Part shown: piece by piece, positions 13,101-24,461 of the stretch
Layout: each line of letters begins with the position of its first letter
Numbering within the stretch: position 1 is the stretch's first letter
Source: Callorhinchus milii
Lineage: Eukaryota
Assembly (NCBI RefSeq): GCF_018977255.1
Contig: NW_024704743.1
Coordinates: 80,850,001 to 80,914,000 of the forward strand
Length of the DNA stretch: 64,000 bases
Direction of reading: 5' to 3'
Position numbers and translations under genes: made by a program
The notes under the pieces: generated by a model
The model's input: only the letters and a program-made list of their open reading frames with translations
What the model was told of the DNA's origin: nothing
Database searches by the model: none

Positions 13101-16100
13101 AGCCTCTCAGCACCTAGGCTCTGGAACTCTATCCCCCAGTGCCTTCGCCGCCTCCTCCCTTTCCTCCTTCAAGGCCGGTCTCAAGACCTTTCTCTTTATC
13201 CGTGCCTTCAGCTCCCCTCTCAACTCTCTACCCCCTCCTCGCTCCCTCCCTTCCCTCCCCTCACCATTTACCCCCTGCTCGGATCCTGACCCAACTGTCC
13301 AGCGCTTTGGGATGTCCTCCCGACGTCAGAGGCACTCTATAAATGGAATCTTGTTGTTGTTATATACATATATCAACAAATAAATATATATTTTGTTAAA
13401 AATAAATTGTGATGGTTCTCTGCCTTTTGGCTAAGATCAAGTGTAGTATCCGACCTGCTCCATGTCACCCGACCCACCCGCCCCAACATTGGCGGTAGAG
13501 CCTTCAGCCACTCTGCCCCCAACCTCTGGAATTCCATTCCCCAATCACTCCGCCTCGCCTCCTCCTTAGCCTCCTTCAGGTCCCACCTCAAGACCCTCCT
13601 CTTCAACCCCCCTGACCCCAGCTCAGGTCTGAAATGCTGTACACTGTCCAGCACCTTGGGACGTCCTCCCGACATAAAAGGCGCTATACAAATGTAATCT
13701 TGTTGTTGTTGTTATTATCAGTTACTCCTTGAGCTATCAATGCCAGAAAAGTTCTGTTGAGATTGGCTTGTGTTAGTTACCATGACCGAATCTCACACAT
13801 ATCTCGGATATTATGAGAAGGGTTGAGCTCCGGCTACAGCTATGCTTTCGGCCTCTGTTGGTTGGGATTCGCATTGCAGTACTTCCCATCTGAGGAGTGT
13901 GATCTGCCCTCACAGAGGAAGCAGATATGGAATCAGAGCTCACTTGAAGGTCACTAGGTTCAGGTTGGGTTTTCCCTGTCAGAGAGGTGATCCCATCACC
14001 TGACTTGCTCGGTTGGTCGTAAAGACAGGTTTCAGGTCTGCATTGTCCTTTGACAATTTTGGGCCTAGAGAGTTTGGGGGGATTTGGAGCTTGTCTGTGG
14101 GGACAACCCTCGTTCCCTAGTGGAATGTATTCGGTCTAATTTGGTTAATGGGGGTGAATAGTGCAAACCTCATTCACAAAAAAAATCATGGAAACACCCC
14201 CACTCTATGTTCTCGTCAAAGTCACTCTTCATCCTGACATGGAAAGTCAGGTTCCTTCATCGTTGCTTGGTCAAAATCCCAGAACACCTTACCCCGCACC
14301 ATTGTGGGAGGAACACAAAGGCTGGAGCGGTTTGAAAAGAGGGTCACAACTACTTGACAGGTATAAGCATCGGGTGGCTGGGAGTAGATGACGGCTCAGC
14401 CTCCCCCAAATTTATCTACCAGCTCACTAACTTTTCTATGGTTTTGGCAGAAAATGTGCACTATAAACCGACCAGCAGCCAAAGCCAGCAGCCTCGCACT
14501 GCTGCTACTAAGCAGTGTCGTGTCTTAACCCCCAATCAGGTTCTATCTTCCTTCTGATGCTTTTGTTGAGGAAGAAGAGCTTTGCAGATCCAATGAGAGC
14601 ACCTTCCTTTTACAGAATGCCTCTTTAATGGGAGCTGGTGGGGGGGAAGTCCTGAGCCCTGAAGAGGGCTCCAGCCAGTGTTCTGAGCAGCCCCACAAGA
14701 CGCCACTCTTGCCATTCTCCTAACTTTTGGTCCAGTCCTGATTGGCTGATGGATTTATTGTCCATCCCCAGTTACCCTGAGAACACAGTCGATGAGTGAG
14801 AATATTCGTTGGGGGACTGAGTAAACCTTAACAGTTATTGTGCTCACCAATATTTCGTGCCAATCAGAATTCTGTTATTTTGAGTTCATTTTTCACAAAT
14901 TGGAAATGACGCAAAATAAAACAAAAAACAATGTATAAAATAAAATAAAATTTAAAAATATCATTGTAAAACAACACAGGAAGAAATTTGAAAATTAAAG
15001 TTACTGCGTTGGTCCCCTTTGAGTCAGGTGAGCCGTGGGCTTAAATGATAGGATTTTTGCAAATAATATTAGCCCTGAAATTTCACCTAGTCTTAGCCTG
15101 TCACACCATTAGCCTTAAAAATTTAAGATTTCGCAAAAAAGTTTTTTGGAGGTCTTAAAAAGGGACGTCTGCCATATTCAGACTGAATTTTAGAATTTTC
15201 CATAATTCTACGCCATCTTAAATGTTACAAGACAAAATAACAGTAATAATCCCTAAATTTCACAACAGGAGGAGGTCTCAAAGTGTTTCACAGTATATAC
15301 TGTAGAGTATAATGATTTTATATTTTTGTAGACCAATACAGTAGCCAATTTATGCACAGCAATATTCCAGAAACAGCAATGAACAGTTTTATCTGGGGGC
15401 GTATTGGCCAAGAAACTGGGAGAAACTCCTTTCTCTTTTCAAATTGTGCCACAAGACCTGTAACGTCAATGGAGTGTTAGCCTAGACAACGTGAGTTTAA
15501 AGCCCTGATGTAGGGTTTGAACCCACAACCTTCTGACTGAGACCACTGTGCTACTGAATGAGTCAGGCTGACACTCTATAGTTTAATAGACTAAAAATAG
15601 ATGGAATTTCAGGCCTAAGGTGTGAAATTAGGCCTGAAATTCCCCCCACCTCGCTCTCCCCCACTATTGGCGGGTGGACCTTCTACCACTCTGCTCCCAC
15701 CCTCTGGAACTCTATCTCGCAGTCCCTCCACCTTGCCCCCTCCCTTGCCACCTTCAAGACCCATCTCAAGACGCTCCTCTTCGACTATGCTTTTGATCTC
15801 CCTGCTTCCACCCCTGCCCCCCATCTTCCCTGACCCCAAGCCCCAGCTCGGGTCTGAAACACTGTCTATCCAGCTCCTTGGGACATCCTCCTGACGTGAA
15901 AGGCGCTATACAAATGTAATTTTGTTGTTGTGTTGAAATTAAACCCCCCCCACACAAAAAAAATGTTTTTCCTCATCATTTTTGTTATCATCAATTTCAC
16001 CCAATCTTAATTCAAAATTAACCTACTTACCCAGTTTCTTTAAACCAAACCCAGGGGAGCACTTTTTGTGTTTTATACAGAACTCAAATTCCAAATGATG

Positions 16101-19100
16101 ACCTTTGATGCACTCACAGACACGGTTGTGAGTGGTGTTGCATTCGTGCTTAATATACTGATACTCTTTGCAAAACACATTGCAATACTGGCATTCATCA
16201 AGGTAATTCCAGTACTCAGTGTAGTGTGCTTCAGGGCAAGCTGAACATTCAGTCATCCTCTCTGCATTGCAGTGACTCTTCACGTGGGTGCCAGGTGGAC
16301 ACTGTTTGCATTTGTAATACCGAGCTGCTCCTTCATCCCAGTGCTGATATAAAGGTTCATGTGAGGAATACACCGGCCCACTGTGGCGTTGTAGTGAAGC
16401 CAGTGAAACTACCAAAAATGATGTGATGAGAGGCTGGAAAATAAAATGATAGCTTTACTTAGTTTTGAGCCTGAAATATCAATGGTCGCTAGTTTTAGAG
16501 GCAATGGGCACTAAAATGTTCCCAAAAGCCAGTATCCCACTAATTAGCAGTTCAGTGAAACAATCCACTGTCACATTCCGCTAATCAGATATTAGTTGAA
16601 CTTCTTATCCAAAAGGATGGTATCTTGACTACTTCAACTAACGTGCGCACAGCAAAGTCCCACAAACAGCATGAAACAGTTGAACATTCTATCTGGGACA
16701 CTGGCAGAAACTCCCTTGTCTTTTCAAATAGTGACATGGGGTCTTTGATATCCATCTGAACTGGCATCTGAACAGGATCTTGGTTTAATGTCTGATTGAA
16801 AGTTGGCATCTCCGACTGACTCCACTGTAGTCAAGAGTGCAGGCTCAAAGTGGCACGTACATGTCTACATTTATCTTAAGCATGAAACTGGCACAACAGC
16901 AATATGGATAAAGCAGCAAAAACAAAACAACAACAACAAATTGCATTCATATAGCACCTTTCATGTCAGAAGGATGCTCCAAGGTGCTGGACAATCAAGA
17001 ATTTGTACCCGAGTTGGGGATTGTATATAAGAAGGGTAGGGACCACGGGAAGCGTGGTGGAGTGGAAAGATGACCAAAGGCACAGTCAAAGAGGACGGTC
17101 CTGAGATGGACCCTGAAGGAGGCGTAAGAACATAAGAAATAAGAGCAGGAGTTGGCAATTCCGCCCCCCGCCATTTAATAAGATCATGGCTGATCTTTTA
17201 ACCTAATTCCATTTACCCGCCCTATCCCCATATCCCTTAATCCCTTTAGTTTTTAAGAAATCTATCAATCTCAGTCTTGAATATGTTCAAGGTCTGAGCA
17301 TCCACAGCCTTCTGGGGTAGAGAATTCCACAAATTCACTAACCTCTGAGTGAAGAAATGTTTTCTCAACTCAGTTCTAAAGGGCTGACCTTTAATCCTGA
17401 GACTATGACCCCTAGTTTTAGATTCTCCAACCAGGGGAAACAGTCTCACAGCATCTACACTGTCAAGACACTTAAGAATCTTATAGGTTTCTATAAGATC
17501 ACCTCTAATTCTTCTATATTCTAGAGAATATAGGCCTAGTCTATTCAATCTCTCCTCGTAGGTCAATCCCCTCATCCCAGGAATCAACCTAGTGAACCTA
17601 CATTGCACCCCCTCTAAGACAAGTATGTCCTTTCATAGACAGGGAGACCAAAACTGCACACAATATTCCAGATGCAGTCTCACTAAGGCCCTATACAATT
17701 GCAGCAAGATTTCCCTACTCTTGTACTCTAACCCTTTTGCAATAAATGCTAACATGCTATTAGCCTTCCTAATAGAGTCCTGCAGCTCAGTGGTTAGAGC
17801 ACTCGCCGACACCTGAGTTCTATTCCAGGCAGGGCGAAACCTTGGGCAAGTTTCCTTACTCCACAAGTCTAATAATAATCCCTCCAAAAAAAACCAATAA
17901 TAAATTGGTCATTTTCAATCCACAATTGTTTGTGGGACACTGCTGTGCGCAATTAGCTGCCACTTTTTGTCCACAAATATACAGTCAATTCACTTTATAG
18001 TATATTCTGTGAAGCATCTAGAAGATGTGAAAAGCGCTATATCAAATGTAAGGATTATTATTATTATAATTGCTTGCTGTACCTGCATACTAACTTTCTG
18101 TGATTGGTGTCCAAAGACACATATATCCCTCTGAATACTAATACTATCTAGTCTCTCCCCCTCTAGAAGTAATCTGGTTTTCTATTTTTTCTACCTAGGT
18201 GAATAATTTCACACTCCCCGCATTATACTCCATCTGCCACCTTCTTGCCAACTCACTTAACCTGTCTATATCCCTTTGCATCCTCCTTGTGTCCTCCTCA
18301 CAGCTTACTTTCCCACCTAGCTTTGTATCATCCGCGAATTTATATACATTAAGCTCTATTTCCTCATCTATGTCATTGATGTAGACTATAAACAGTTGAG
18401 CCCAAGCACTGATCCTTTCAGCACTCCACTAGTTCAACCTGCCAATCTGAGAAGGACCTGTTTATCCCAACTCTCTGTTTTCTGTCTGTTAACCACTCTT
18501 TGATTCATGCTAATGGAGTCCTGTAGCTCAGTGGTTAGAGCATTCGCTTTGCAAGTGAGAGACCTGAGTTCAATTCCAGGCAGGTCTGGGCGAAACCTTG
18601 GGCAAATTTCCTTACTCCACACGCCTAATAATAATCCCTCCAAAACCAAAAACAATAATAAATTGGTCATTTTTAATCTACGATTGTTTGTGGGACATTG
18701 CTATGCGCAATTGGCTGCCGCGTTCGCCCACAAATATACAGTCAATTCACTTTACAGTGAGTTCTGTGAAGCGCTTTGGGACGTCCACCCGACGTGAAAA
18801 GCGCTATATCAAATGCAAGGATTATTATTCTTATTATTAATATATTACCCTTAATTCCATGAGCCCTAATCTTATGTAACAACCTTTTATGTGGCACCTT
18901 GTCGAATGCCTTCTGGAAATCCAAATACACCACATCTACTGGTTCCCTCCTATATAACCTGTTAGTTATATCTTCAAAAAAAACTCTTAAAAGATTTGTT
19001 AAACACGATTTCCCTTTCATAAAAGGAAATGAAAGGGAGTGTTGACTCTGCCTAATCATATTATGACTTTCTAAGTGTCCCACAACGACATCCCTAATAT

Positions 19101-20800
19101 GGACTCTAGAATTGTCCCTACCACTGATGTCAGGCTAATTGGTCTATAGTTCCTGATTTTTTCTCTCCCACCCTTCTTGAATACTTTTGCAACCTTCCAA
19201 TCAACGGGAATTGTTCCAGAATCCAGGGAATTTTGGAAAATCAAAACAATGCATCCACTATCTCTGCAGCCATCGCTTTTAAAAACCTAGGATGCAGGCC
19301 ATCAGGTCCAGGGGATTTATCAGTTTTTAGTTCCATCAATTTTTCAAGTACTATTACTTTACTGATATTAATTTCTTTAAGTTCCTCACTAACATTAGTC
19401 TCTTGGTTCCCTACTATTTTTGGTAAGTTTTTAGTATCTTCCAACGTGAAGACAGAAGCAAAATAGTTGTTTAGTGACTCTGCCATTTCTTTATTCCCCA
19501 TTATAATTTCTCCTGTCTCTGCCTGTAAGGGACCCACATTTATTTATGTTAATCTCTTCCTCTTTGTATACTTGTAAAAGCTCTTATAATTTGTCTTTAT
19601 AACCCTAGCTAGTTTACTCTGATATTGCATTTTCTCTCTCTTAATCAGTTTCTTGGTTATCCTTTTCTGATCTCTAAAGCCCTCCCAATTCTCAGGCTTA
19701 CAACCTATAGGCCTTTTCTTTTCATTTTATACTTTCATTAACTTCTCTAGTTAGCCATGGTTGAACAACTTTTTCTGTGGAATTTTTATTTCTCAAGAGA
19801 ATATGCATTTGCTGGGAAATATCTAATATATGTTTGAACATTTGCCCCTGCTTGCCTACCGTCATATCTTTTAATCTATTTTCCCAGTATATTTTAGCCA
19901 AATCGTCCCTCATACCTGCAAAGTTGGCTTTATTTAAGTTTAAGACCCTTGCGTTGTACTTAACTACATCACTCTCAAACTTAATATTAAATTCGGGGTG
20001 AGGCGAGGGTAGGGGCAAGCCAAAGGGATTTAGATCCTGTTCCAGAGCGTGGTGGCAAAAAGGCTAAAAGCACGAGGACTAATAATGGGACGGGCAGGGC
20101 GGGGGACGCAGAGCGGAGGGAAAGGGCGGGTTGGTAAGGTTTTAGAATTCAGAAAGGTGGGACAAGACCGTGGAGACCTTTAAAAGCGAGGACAAGGATC
20201 TTGAACTTGATTTTCTGGGGGATAAAGAGTCAATGTCGTCGGGTGAGGATGGGGATGATTGGCTCCCAGAGCCTGGTGTGAAAGAAGTGCAAGCTCTATA
20301 AGTTCCTGTTGTATAGGTTTAAGCTGTACAAGTGCAAGCTCTTGCTATTTCCCTTGTTATTGCTAATAGCCGTATCCATATCAAATCTTTGCCTCTCCAG
20401 AGTTCTTACCTGAACCCATTTTCCACTCTGTCTCTACCTGCATAAAAACTTACATTTTCAGTAAAGAACCCAGAGATGAAGAGAGTTGATGGACCACACG
20501 TACAAACATGGGAGTTTGTGGGCAGACTGACAGCAGAGCCTGCATGTCTGAGTAGATCCATTTTTTTATCACTATTATTTATATTCTAGTTGCAATAAAT
20601 CCATACTCATTAGATGGAAGATACAATTCATTGAAGAAAACATTATGTGCAGCGGAGCTAATTAGCTAAAGTAGTATAGTTACAGGTGATAAATAGTGTT
20701 TGTATGTCACATTTTATCATGTTAAATGAAACAAATATTCTCTGACAGATGTAATTTATACAGCACTTACCATTTGGACGTAAAGGCAGGTTCGAAACAT
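591..20800 (-). CDS. TNFRSF11B: Osteoprotegerin-like secreted TNF receptor (4 cysteine-rich domains + one death-like domain); join(20800-20771,16433-16031,5437-5222,904-591), 320 aa
   Basis: Exon lengths 30+403+216+314 = 963 nt = 320 aa + stop; all introns GT-AG with consistent phases (0,1,1). TNFR CRD motifs CPPGT, CNTTHNRVCEC, CPKGFFS. No transmembrane segment. Lies head-to-head with COLEC10, as TNFRSF11B does in mammals. Confidence 0.88.
1155..1648 (+). mobile_element. CR1 RT fragment split by a SINE insertion
   Basis: gatgtagtttatatggactttcaaaaggcatttgacaaagtgccacatgaa (VVYMDFQKAFDKVPH) continues after the SINE as ERLVRKIEARGIKG. Confidence 0.75.
1255..1573 (+). mobile_element. tRNA(Ala-TGC-like)-headed SINE, short form, with L2-type tail and (ATT)n end
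   Basis: A/B boxes (tagctcagtggttagagc; gttcaattcc), anticodon-like loop TTTGCAA, 3' end shared with L2. Near-identical copies elsewhere in the window. Confidence 0.9.
1650..2412 (-). mobile_element. L2 LINE 3' fragment
   Basis: GRAFSLSALPFWNSI...SFKARLKTLHF, typical L2 ORF2 C-terminus. Confidence 0.8.
2668..3052 (+). mobile_element. DeuSINE (SacSINE/AmnSINE-like)
   Basis: tRNA head (tggcccagttggtagcactct...gttcaaaccc) plus Deu-domain-like ccgtctgcctgttcaggtggatgttaaaga. Confidence 0.7.
5222..5437 (-). CDS. TNFRSF11B: TNFRSF11B coding exon 3 (end of CRD3, CRD4, linker)
   Basis: ttttctttag acceptor, AAC A|gtaagt donor, phase 1-1. GTPYADTECMRCPKGFFS...CKKHSNC...DSICKPC. Confidence 0.9.
5810..6448 (-). 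mobile_element. Long-form tRNA SINE (minus) with a 5'-truncated short-form SINE (plus, 5907-6187) nested inside
   Basis: The minus-strand SINE is continuous across the insertion; atgttt is duplicated at 5901-5906 and 6188-6193. Confidence 0.85.
9662..9990 (-). mobile_element. L2 3' fragment
   Basis: Same 3' end and tail as the other L2 copies. Confidence 0.7.
10111..10161. repeat. (AAT)n microsatellite, about 17 units
   Basis: Perfect ataata... run seen directly. Confidence 0.95.
10363..10535 (-). mobile_element. Penelope terminal-repeat fragment, with an inverted partial copy at about 10500-10530
   Basis: cagatgctgaaaatctgaaataaaaccagaagtcactgggaacacttagcaggtcaggcag is homologous to 36263-36345. 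Confidence 0.65.
10860..11180 (+). mobile_element. DeuSINE
   Basis: tRNA head, gatgttaaaccaagtcccgcctacccattcaagtgggcattaaggatccca, L2-like tail. Confidence 0.7.
11433..11763 (+). mobile_element. tRNA-derived SINE, short form
   Basis: Near-identical to 1255-1573; (ATT)n tail. Confidence 0.9.
12403..12800 (-). mobile_element. Young L2 3' fragment
   Basis: PARTLRSSGSGLLHIPR...GRAFSLSAPRLWNSIP; (TTG)n tail. Confidence 0.88.
12998..13362 (+). mobile_element. Young L2 3' fragment (inverted relative to 12403-12800)
   Basis: Near-identical to the reverse complement of 12403-12780. Confidence 0.88.
13411..13450 (+). pseudogene. 5' fragment of U2 snRNA (about the first 40 nt), fused to an L2 3' end
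   Basis: ttctc(t)gccttttggctaagatcaagtgtagtatc (13416-13450) matches the U2 5' end, including the branch-point-pairing GTAGTA, with one mismatch. U2 similarity stops at 13450. Confidence 0.8.
13451..13713 (+). mobile_element. L2 3' fragment joined to the U2 fragment
   Basis: ggcggtagagccttcagccactctgcccccaacctctggaattcc... ending in the L2 stem-loop and (TTG)n tail. Confidence 0.85.
16031..16433 (-). CDS. TNFRSF11B: TNFRSF11B coding exon 2 (rest of signal peptide, CRD1-CRD3)
   Basis: tttccag acceptor, CTG G|gtaagt donor. Translation PLITSFLVVSLAS...CKQCPPGTHVKSHC...HYTEYWNYLDECQYCNVFCKEYQYIKHECNTTHNRVCEC...CSPGFG. Confidence 0.93.
17774..18066 (+). mobile_element. tRNA-derived SINE inserted in CR1
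   Basis: Same family; taat duplicated on both flanks. Confidence 0.85.
18515..18837 (+). mobile_element. tRNA-derived SINE inserted in CR1
   Basis: Same family; taat duplicated on both flanks. Confidence 0.9.
20771..20800 (-). CDS. TNFRSF11B: TNFRSF11B coding exon 1 (MFRTCLYVQM, start of signal peptide)
   Basis: Minus strand reads ATG...CAA ATG|gtaagt: 10 codons followed by a consensus phase-0 donor, matching the 10-codon first exon of mammalian OPG. A TATA-like motif lies about 70 nt upstream. Confidence 0.75.
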
Positions 20801-20863
20801 ATCTGCTTATTGTGTGAATGGTTTAACAGCAAATTTTCTCCTTGAAATTCCTAGTTCTCAGTC

Positions 20864-20875
20864 CCTATATATAGA
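20864..20875 (-). promoter_or_regulatory. Candidate TATA box of TNFRSF11B
   Basis: Minus strand TATATATAGGG about 70 nt upstream of the exon-1 ATG, in unique (non-repeat) sequence. Confidence 0.5.
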
Positions 20876-21109
20876 CCATGAGCTAACTAAAGAGATAAAA
20901 AAAATCAGAAGTTTGTGCTGAATTAATCATGTCCCTTTTTGAGTAACACGCCCCTTTCAGATTTTATTTGCATAACTAATTATTCCATACAACAGCACAA
21001 TACTGTATGTCAAATTCTCACTGCAGAAGGCTCTGGGTTTTAAACGCAGGTCAACTATTGAAACTCTGCAGTATGTGCTGGGACATATTATGGAATGTGT
21101 ATCCAGTGT

Positions 21110-21555
21110 GTCAGTCTGTCTCAGGTGGTAGCACTTGTGCCTCTGAAGGTTGTGGGTTAAAGCTCTATGTCAGGACTTTGAAGTCACCACATAGGCTTAT
21201 ATTCTAAAGCAGTGCTGGGGATGTGCCGCATTGTTCGAGTTGTTATCATTAGGATGAGACATTATACTGAAGCCCCATCTTTCTGCTCAGGTGGACGTTA
21301 AAGATTCCATGGCACTATGTGAAAAGCAAACAGAGTTTCTCCCTTTCTTGGCCAACAATCCCCTAAATAAAATTACTTAATTCGCTTCCTGGCTGTTTAT
21401 GGGACACTCCTGTGCAAATTGGCTGCTTATTTGCCTACAAAGTACATAGTCACTGCAGTATATCCTATGAAGCGCTTTGAGACATTCCCCCGAAGTGAAA
21501 GCGCTCCAAGACACGGTTGGCGTGAAGGCCGCTATATAAATGCAAGTTGTTGTTG
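21110..21555 (+). mobile_element. DeuSINE just upstream of the TNFRSF11B promoter
   Basis: Deu-domain-like ggatgagacattatactgaagccccatctttctgctcaggtggacgttaaagattccatggcactat. Confidence 0.65.
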
Positions 21556-23597
21556 AAAGGTGCTTTGTCAAATGGAAGGATTATTATCATATTATTCTAC
21601 AACAACAGAAGACTGGAGTGAAAACTGAGACATGTGATGTGCACATCCTTCTCCAAACTTGTCCATCTATCTGCCGTCCGTCCGTCTGTCTGCCTGTCTG
21701 TTGATGTGTCCTGTTCCCTCCTGCTCCATCCCCTCCATGATTTCATCACAATGGTTGCGTGCAAAGCTATCCACGCAGCCATTGAGCCTTCCATTCACTA
21801 TCCTGATCGTAGTGTTTGAGTCATGAAACAGCAAATCTAGGGTTGGGGGTGTGGGGGGATTTCCACTCCGCTGTTCCTTTATTAGTGAAGAGCTTCCAGT
21901 AATTCCTTTGCGTTTCTGTGCAGGATATAAAAGAAGTTTCCTGCCTGACAATTCTCCTTTCTTTCTCCTTTGGCAATCAACTTTTATCTCCATGGCAATT
22001 TTTCTTGCTTTGTCTATTCTCCAAGGCATTAAAGCCGCATTGCTTGTTTTTAATTAATCTGTGTTTTTGTCTTCCGTTCATTTCTGAACGTATCCCAAGC
22101 TCCAGTTTAATCTGTGCATTTATTTGTAGGTGAACTCATGGTTTCAAAACTAAGACTGTAAAACTACAAGGTCTCAGGAGCACTACAGTTGGTCTAAATG
22201 CATCAGGTTAGAGAAGGAAAGTTAGCTAAGATTCCAGATTAAGACTGGGGGTGTTAGAAATGTGGACACCTGGTGAGGACAGGATCAGGCTTGGCTAAAA
22301 ACCCTCTTACCTGCCAGCATTAACTGTCGATGTTCACATGTGAAGAAAGGGTAATGGAGGGCGACCAGGGTCTAGGAACAGTATGCCAACAGAATGAAAA
22401 GAAAGTAGAACACCTCAAGCAAATTGGAGGAGAGAAAAAAAAGACTACTGTAGGGTGGGCTACTCATAGGAAAATCATTTTCTTTAAATGTGGGCATTCA
22501 GTTCCCAATGTTTTACTTCGGCAATGCGAAATACAGTTATAAACACAGTGAGGAAAATTCCTCAGTTACTGAAAACCTCTACTGTTGCTTGTTTTCCATG
22601 TTACAACAAAAACAACAACTTACATTTATATAACGCTCTTCATGTGGGGTAACTTCCTGAAGTGCTTTACAGTGATGGAGTCTGACAACAAGCTAGGGGA
22701 AGAGGGAGGCGGAGGTGTCCATAAGCATGATCAAATAGGTCTTTACAACAACAACAACAAAATTATATTTGTATAGCGCCTTTCACATTGGGAGGACATG
22801 AAAGGCGCTATACAAATGTAATTTTGTTATTGTTGCTATTCATCAATTGGTGGATCGCTTTTCCGGGGATAATAATTCCTTCAAACTAAATAAAAATAGT
22901 TTGGTCACTCAATCCATGACTGTTTGTGGGACACTACTATGCACAATTGGCTGCTCCATTGCGCCCACAAAATATACAGACAATTCACTTGCCAGTATAT
23001 TCTGTGAAGCATTTTGAAACATCTCCAAGACTTGATAAGGCACTATATCAAATGCAAAGATTATTATTACATTCAGCTGCAGGAAATTTGCATTCATCTA
23101 GCCTCGATGGACGTCAGACAAGCTGACAGGACATCGGTGGACTGGGAGTCGAGGCTGGAGGAGAAGTAGATTTGGGTGTCATACATTTGGAAATTGACTC
23201 CATGTCTGTGGATGACATCCCTGAGAGGAAGCATGTAGATGAGGAAAAGAAAGGGGCTAAGGATGGAGCCTTGGGGTACATTGTAAGTGACCAGGCAGGA
23301 ACGAGAGGAATAACGATTGGACGAGATGTATTGTTGGCTGTTTGTTAAGTAGGACTCAAACCATGCATGTGCTATCCCACTGAGGTAGAAGAGGGAGGAG
23401 AGGCGGTGGAGGACGATGGCTTCCGATGCTACTTTGCCAAAGATGATGAATGCAAAACTCCGGTTTGGGAAGAGTAGGGAAAACGTCTCAGTGGTTATGA
23501 TGCAATTAGGAATCTGACATTAGCAAAAGCTTCAACATATCTTCATGAGATATTAGACTTTGATACAGTTGTTATATTATTATTAATACAGTCAAGC

Positions 23598-24125
23598 AAT
23601 AACAACAACAAAATTACATTTGTATAGCGCCTTTCACGTCGGGAGGATGTTCCAAGGCACTGGACAGACAGAGTTTCGGATCCGAGCTGGGTGTTGGGGT
23701 CGGGGAGGGTGGAGGGCAGGGAGGATACCAGGGAGATTGAAAGCACAGTCGAAGAGAAGGGTCTTGAGGTGGTCTTGAAGGTGGCAAGGGAGGGGGTGAG
23801 GTGGAGGGACTGCAGGATGGAGTTCCAGAGGGTGGGGGCAGAGTGGCAGAAGGCCCACCTGCCAATAGTGGGATGAGCAAAGTGGGGGACATGAAGCAGG
23901 CTGGAGCCCACTGAGCGGAGGGAGCGAGCAGGATGGTAGGTGGTTAGGAGGTCACAGAGGTAGGGTGGAGCAAGATTGTGGAGGGCTTTGAAGGTGAGAA
24001 CCAGGATCTTGAACTGTATCCTCTGTGTGATGGGAAGGCAGTGGAGTTGGGAGAGGATGGGGGTGATAAGGTCTTGGAGCTAGTGTGGGAGAGGACATGG
24101 GCTGCAGAGTTCTGGATGATCTACA
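23598..24125 (-). mobile_element. L2 3' fragment
   Basis: IGRWAFCHSAPTLWNSI; L2 tail. An older L2 RT fragment lies at about 23075-23420. Confidence 0.8.
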
Positions 24126-24461
24126 GACAATCTGCAACAATGACTATCAGTTCAAAAGTGTTGCAAGACAGGAAGATATTCATGACTCTCCAGGGAGGCT
24201 TATGTAATCTACAGTACGTTAAGTAATAAGAGAGTAAATCCAAAACACCAGGAGCAAAGTTCAGAGCTTTTATGAATGTCACTCTAGTTTCAGAATCCGT
24301 TGCATATAAAAAAACACATCGTCATTATGAATTTCTTTCCACCACATTGGTTTGGCCAGTTGAGGTACTGTGTAATGAGATGCATTGCCACACAATGAAA
24401 TTGTACCTCATCATTTCACAAGCAATTGGAAAGGGTTGAAAAGACTCACAAGTGTAGATCC

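Larger units (their letters stand above)
17126..19995 (-). mobile_element. CR1-clade LINE (ORF2 linker, RT remnants and 3' end), interrupted by two SINE insertions
   Basis: Minus-strand ORFs with CR1 signatures: KSPGPDGLHPR, VVYLDFQKAFDKVPH, LYRALVRLHLEYCVQFWSP, RGDLIETYKI...TRGHSL...FFTQRLVNLWNSLP; (tatgttct)-like tail near 17126. Confidence 0.9.

Noticed and set aside
13411..13450. Functional U2 snRNA gene
   Set aside because: Only about 40 nt are present; no Sm site or 3' stem-loops.
16031..16433. Calling the TNFR gene TNFRSF6B (DcR3)
   Set aside because: The separate 10-codon first exon, OPG-like CRD2/3 residues and adjacency to COLEC10 favour TNFRSF11B; the DcR3-like traits are reported as findings.
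21597..22133. Cluster of overlapping short ORFs upstream of TNFRSF11B
   Set aside because: Partly low-complexity (gtcc/gtct repeats), with no homology or splice structure I can support.
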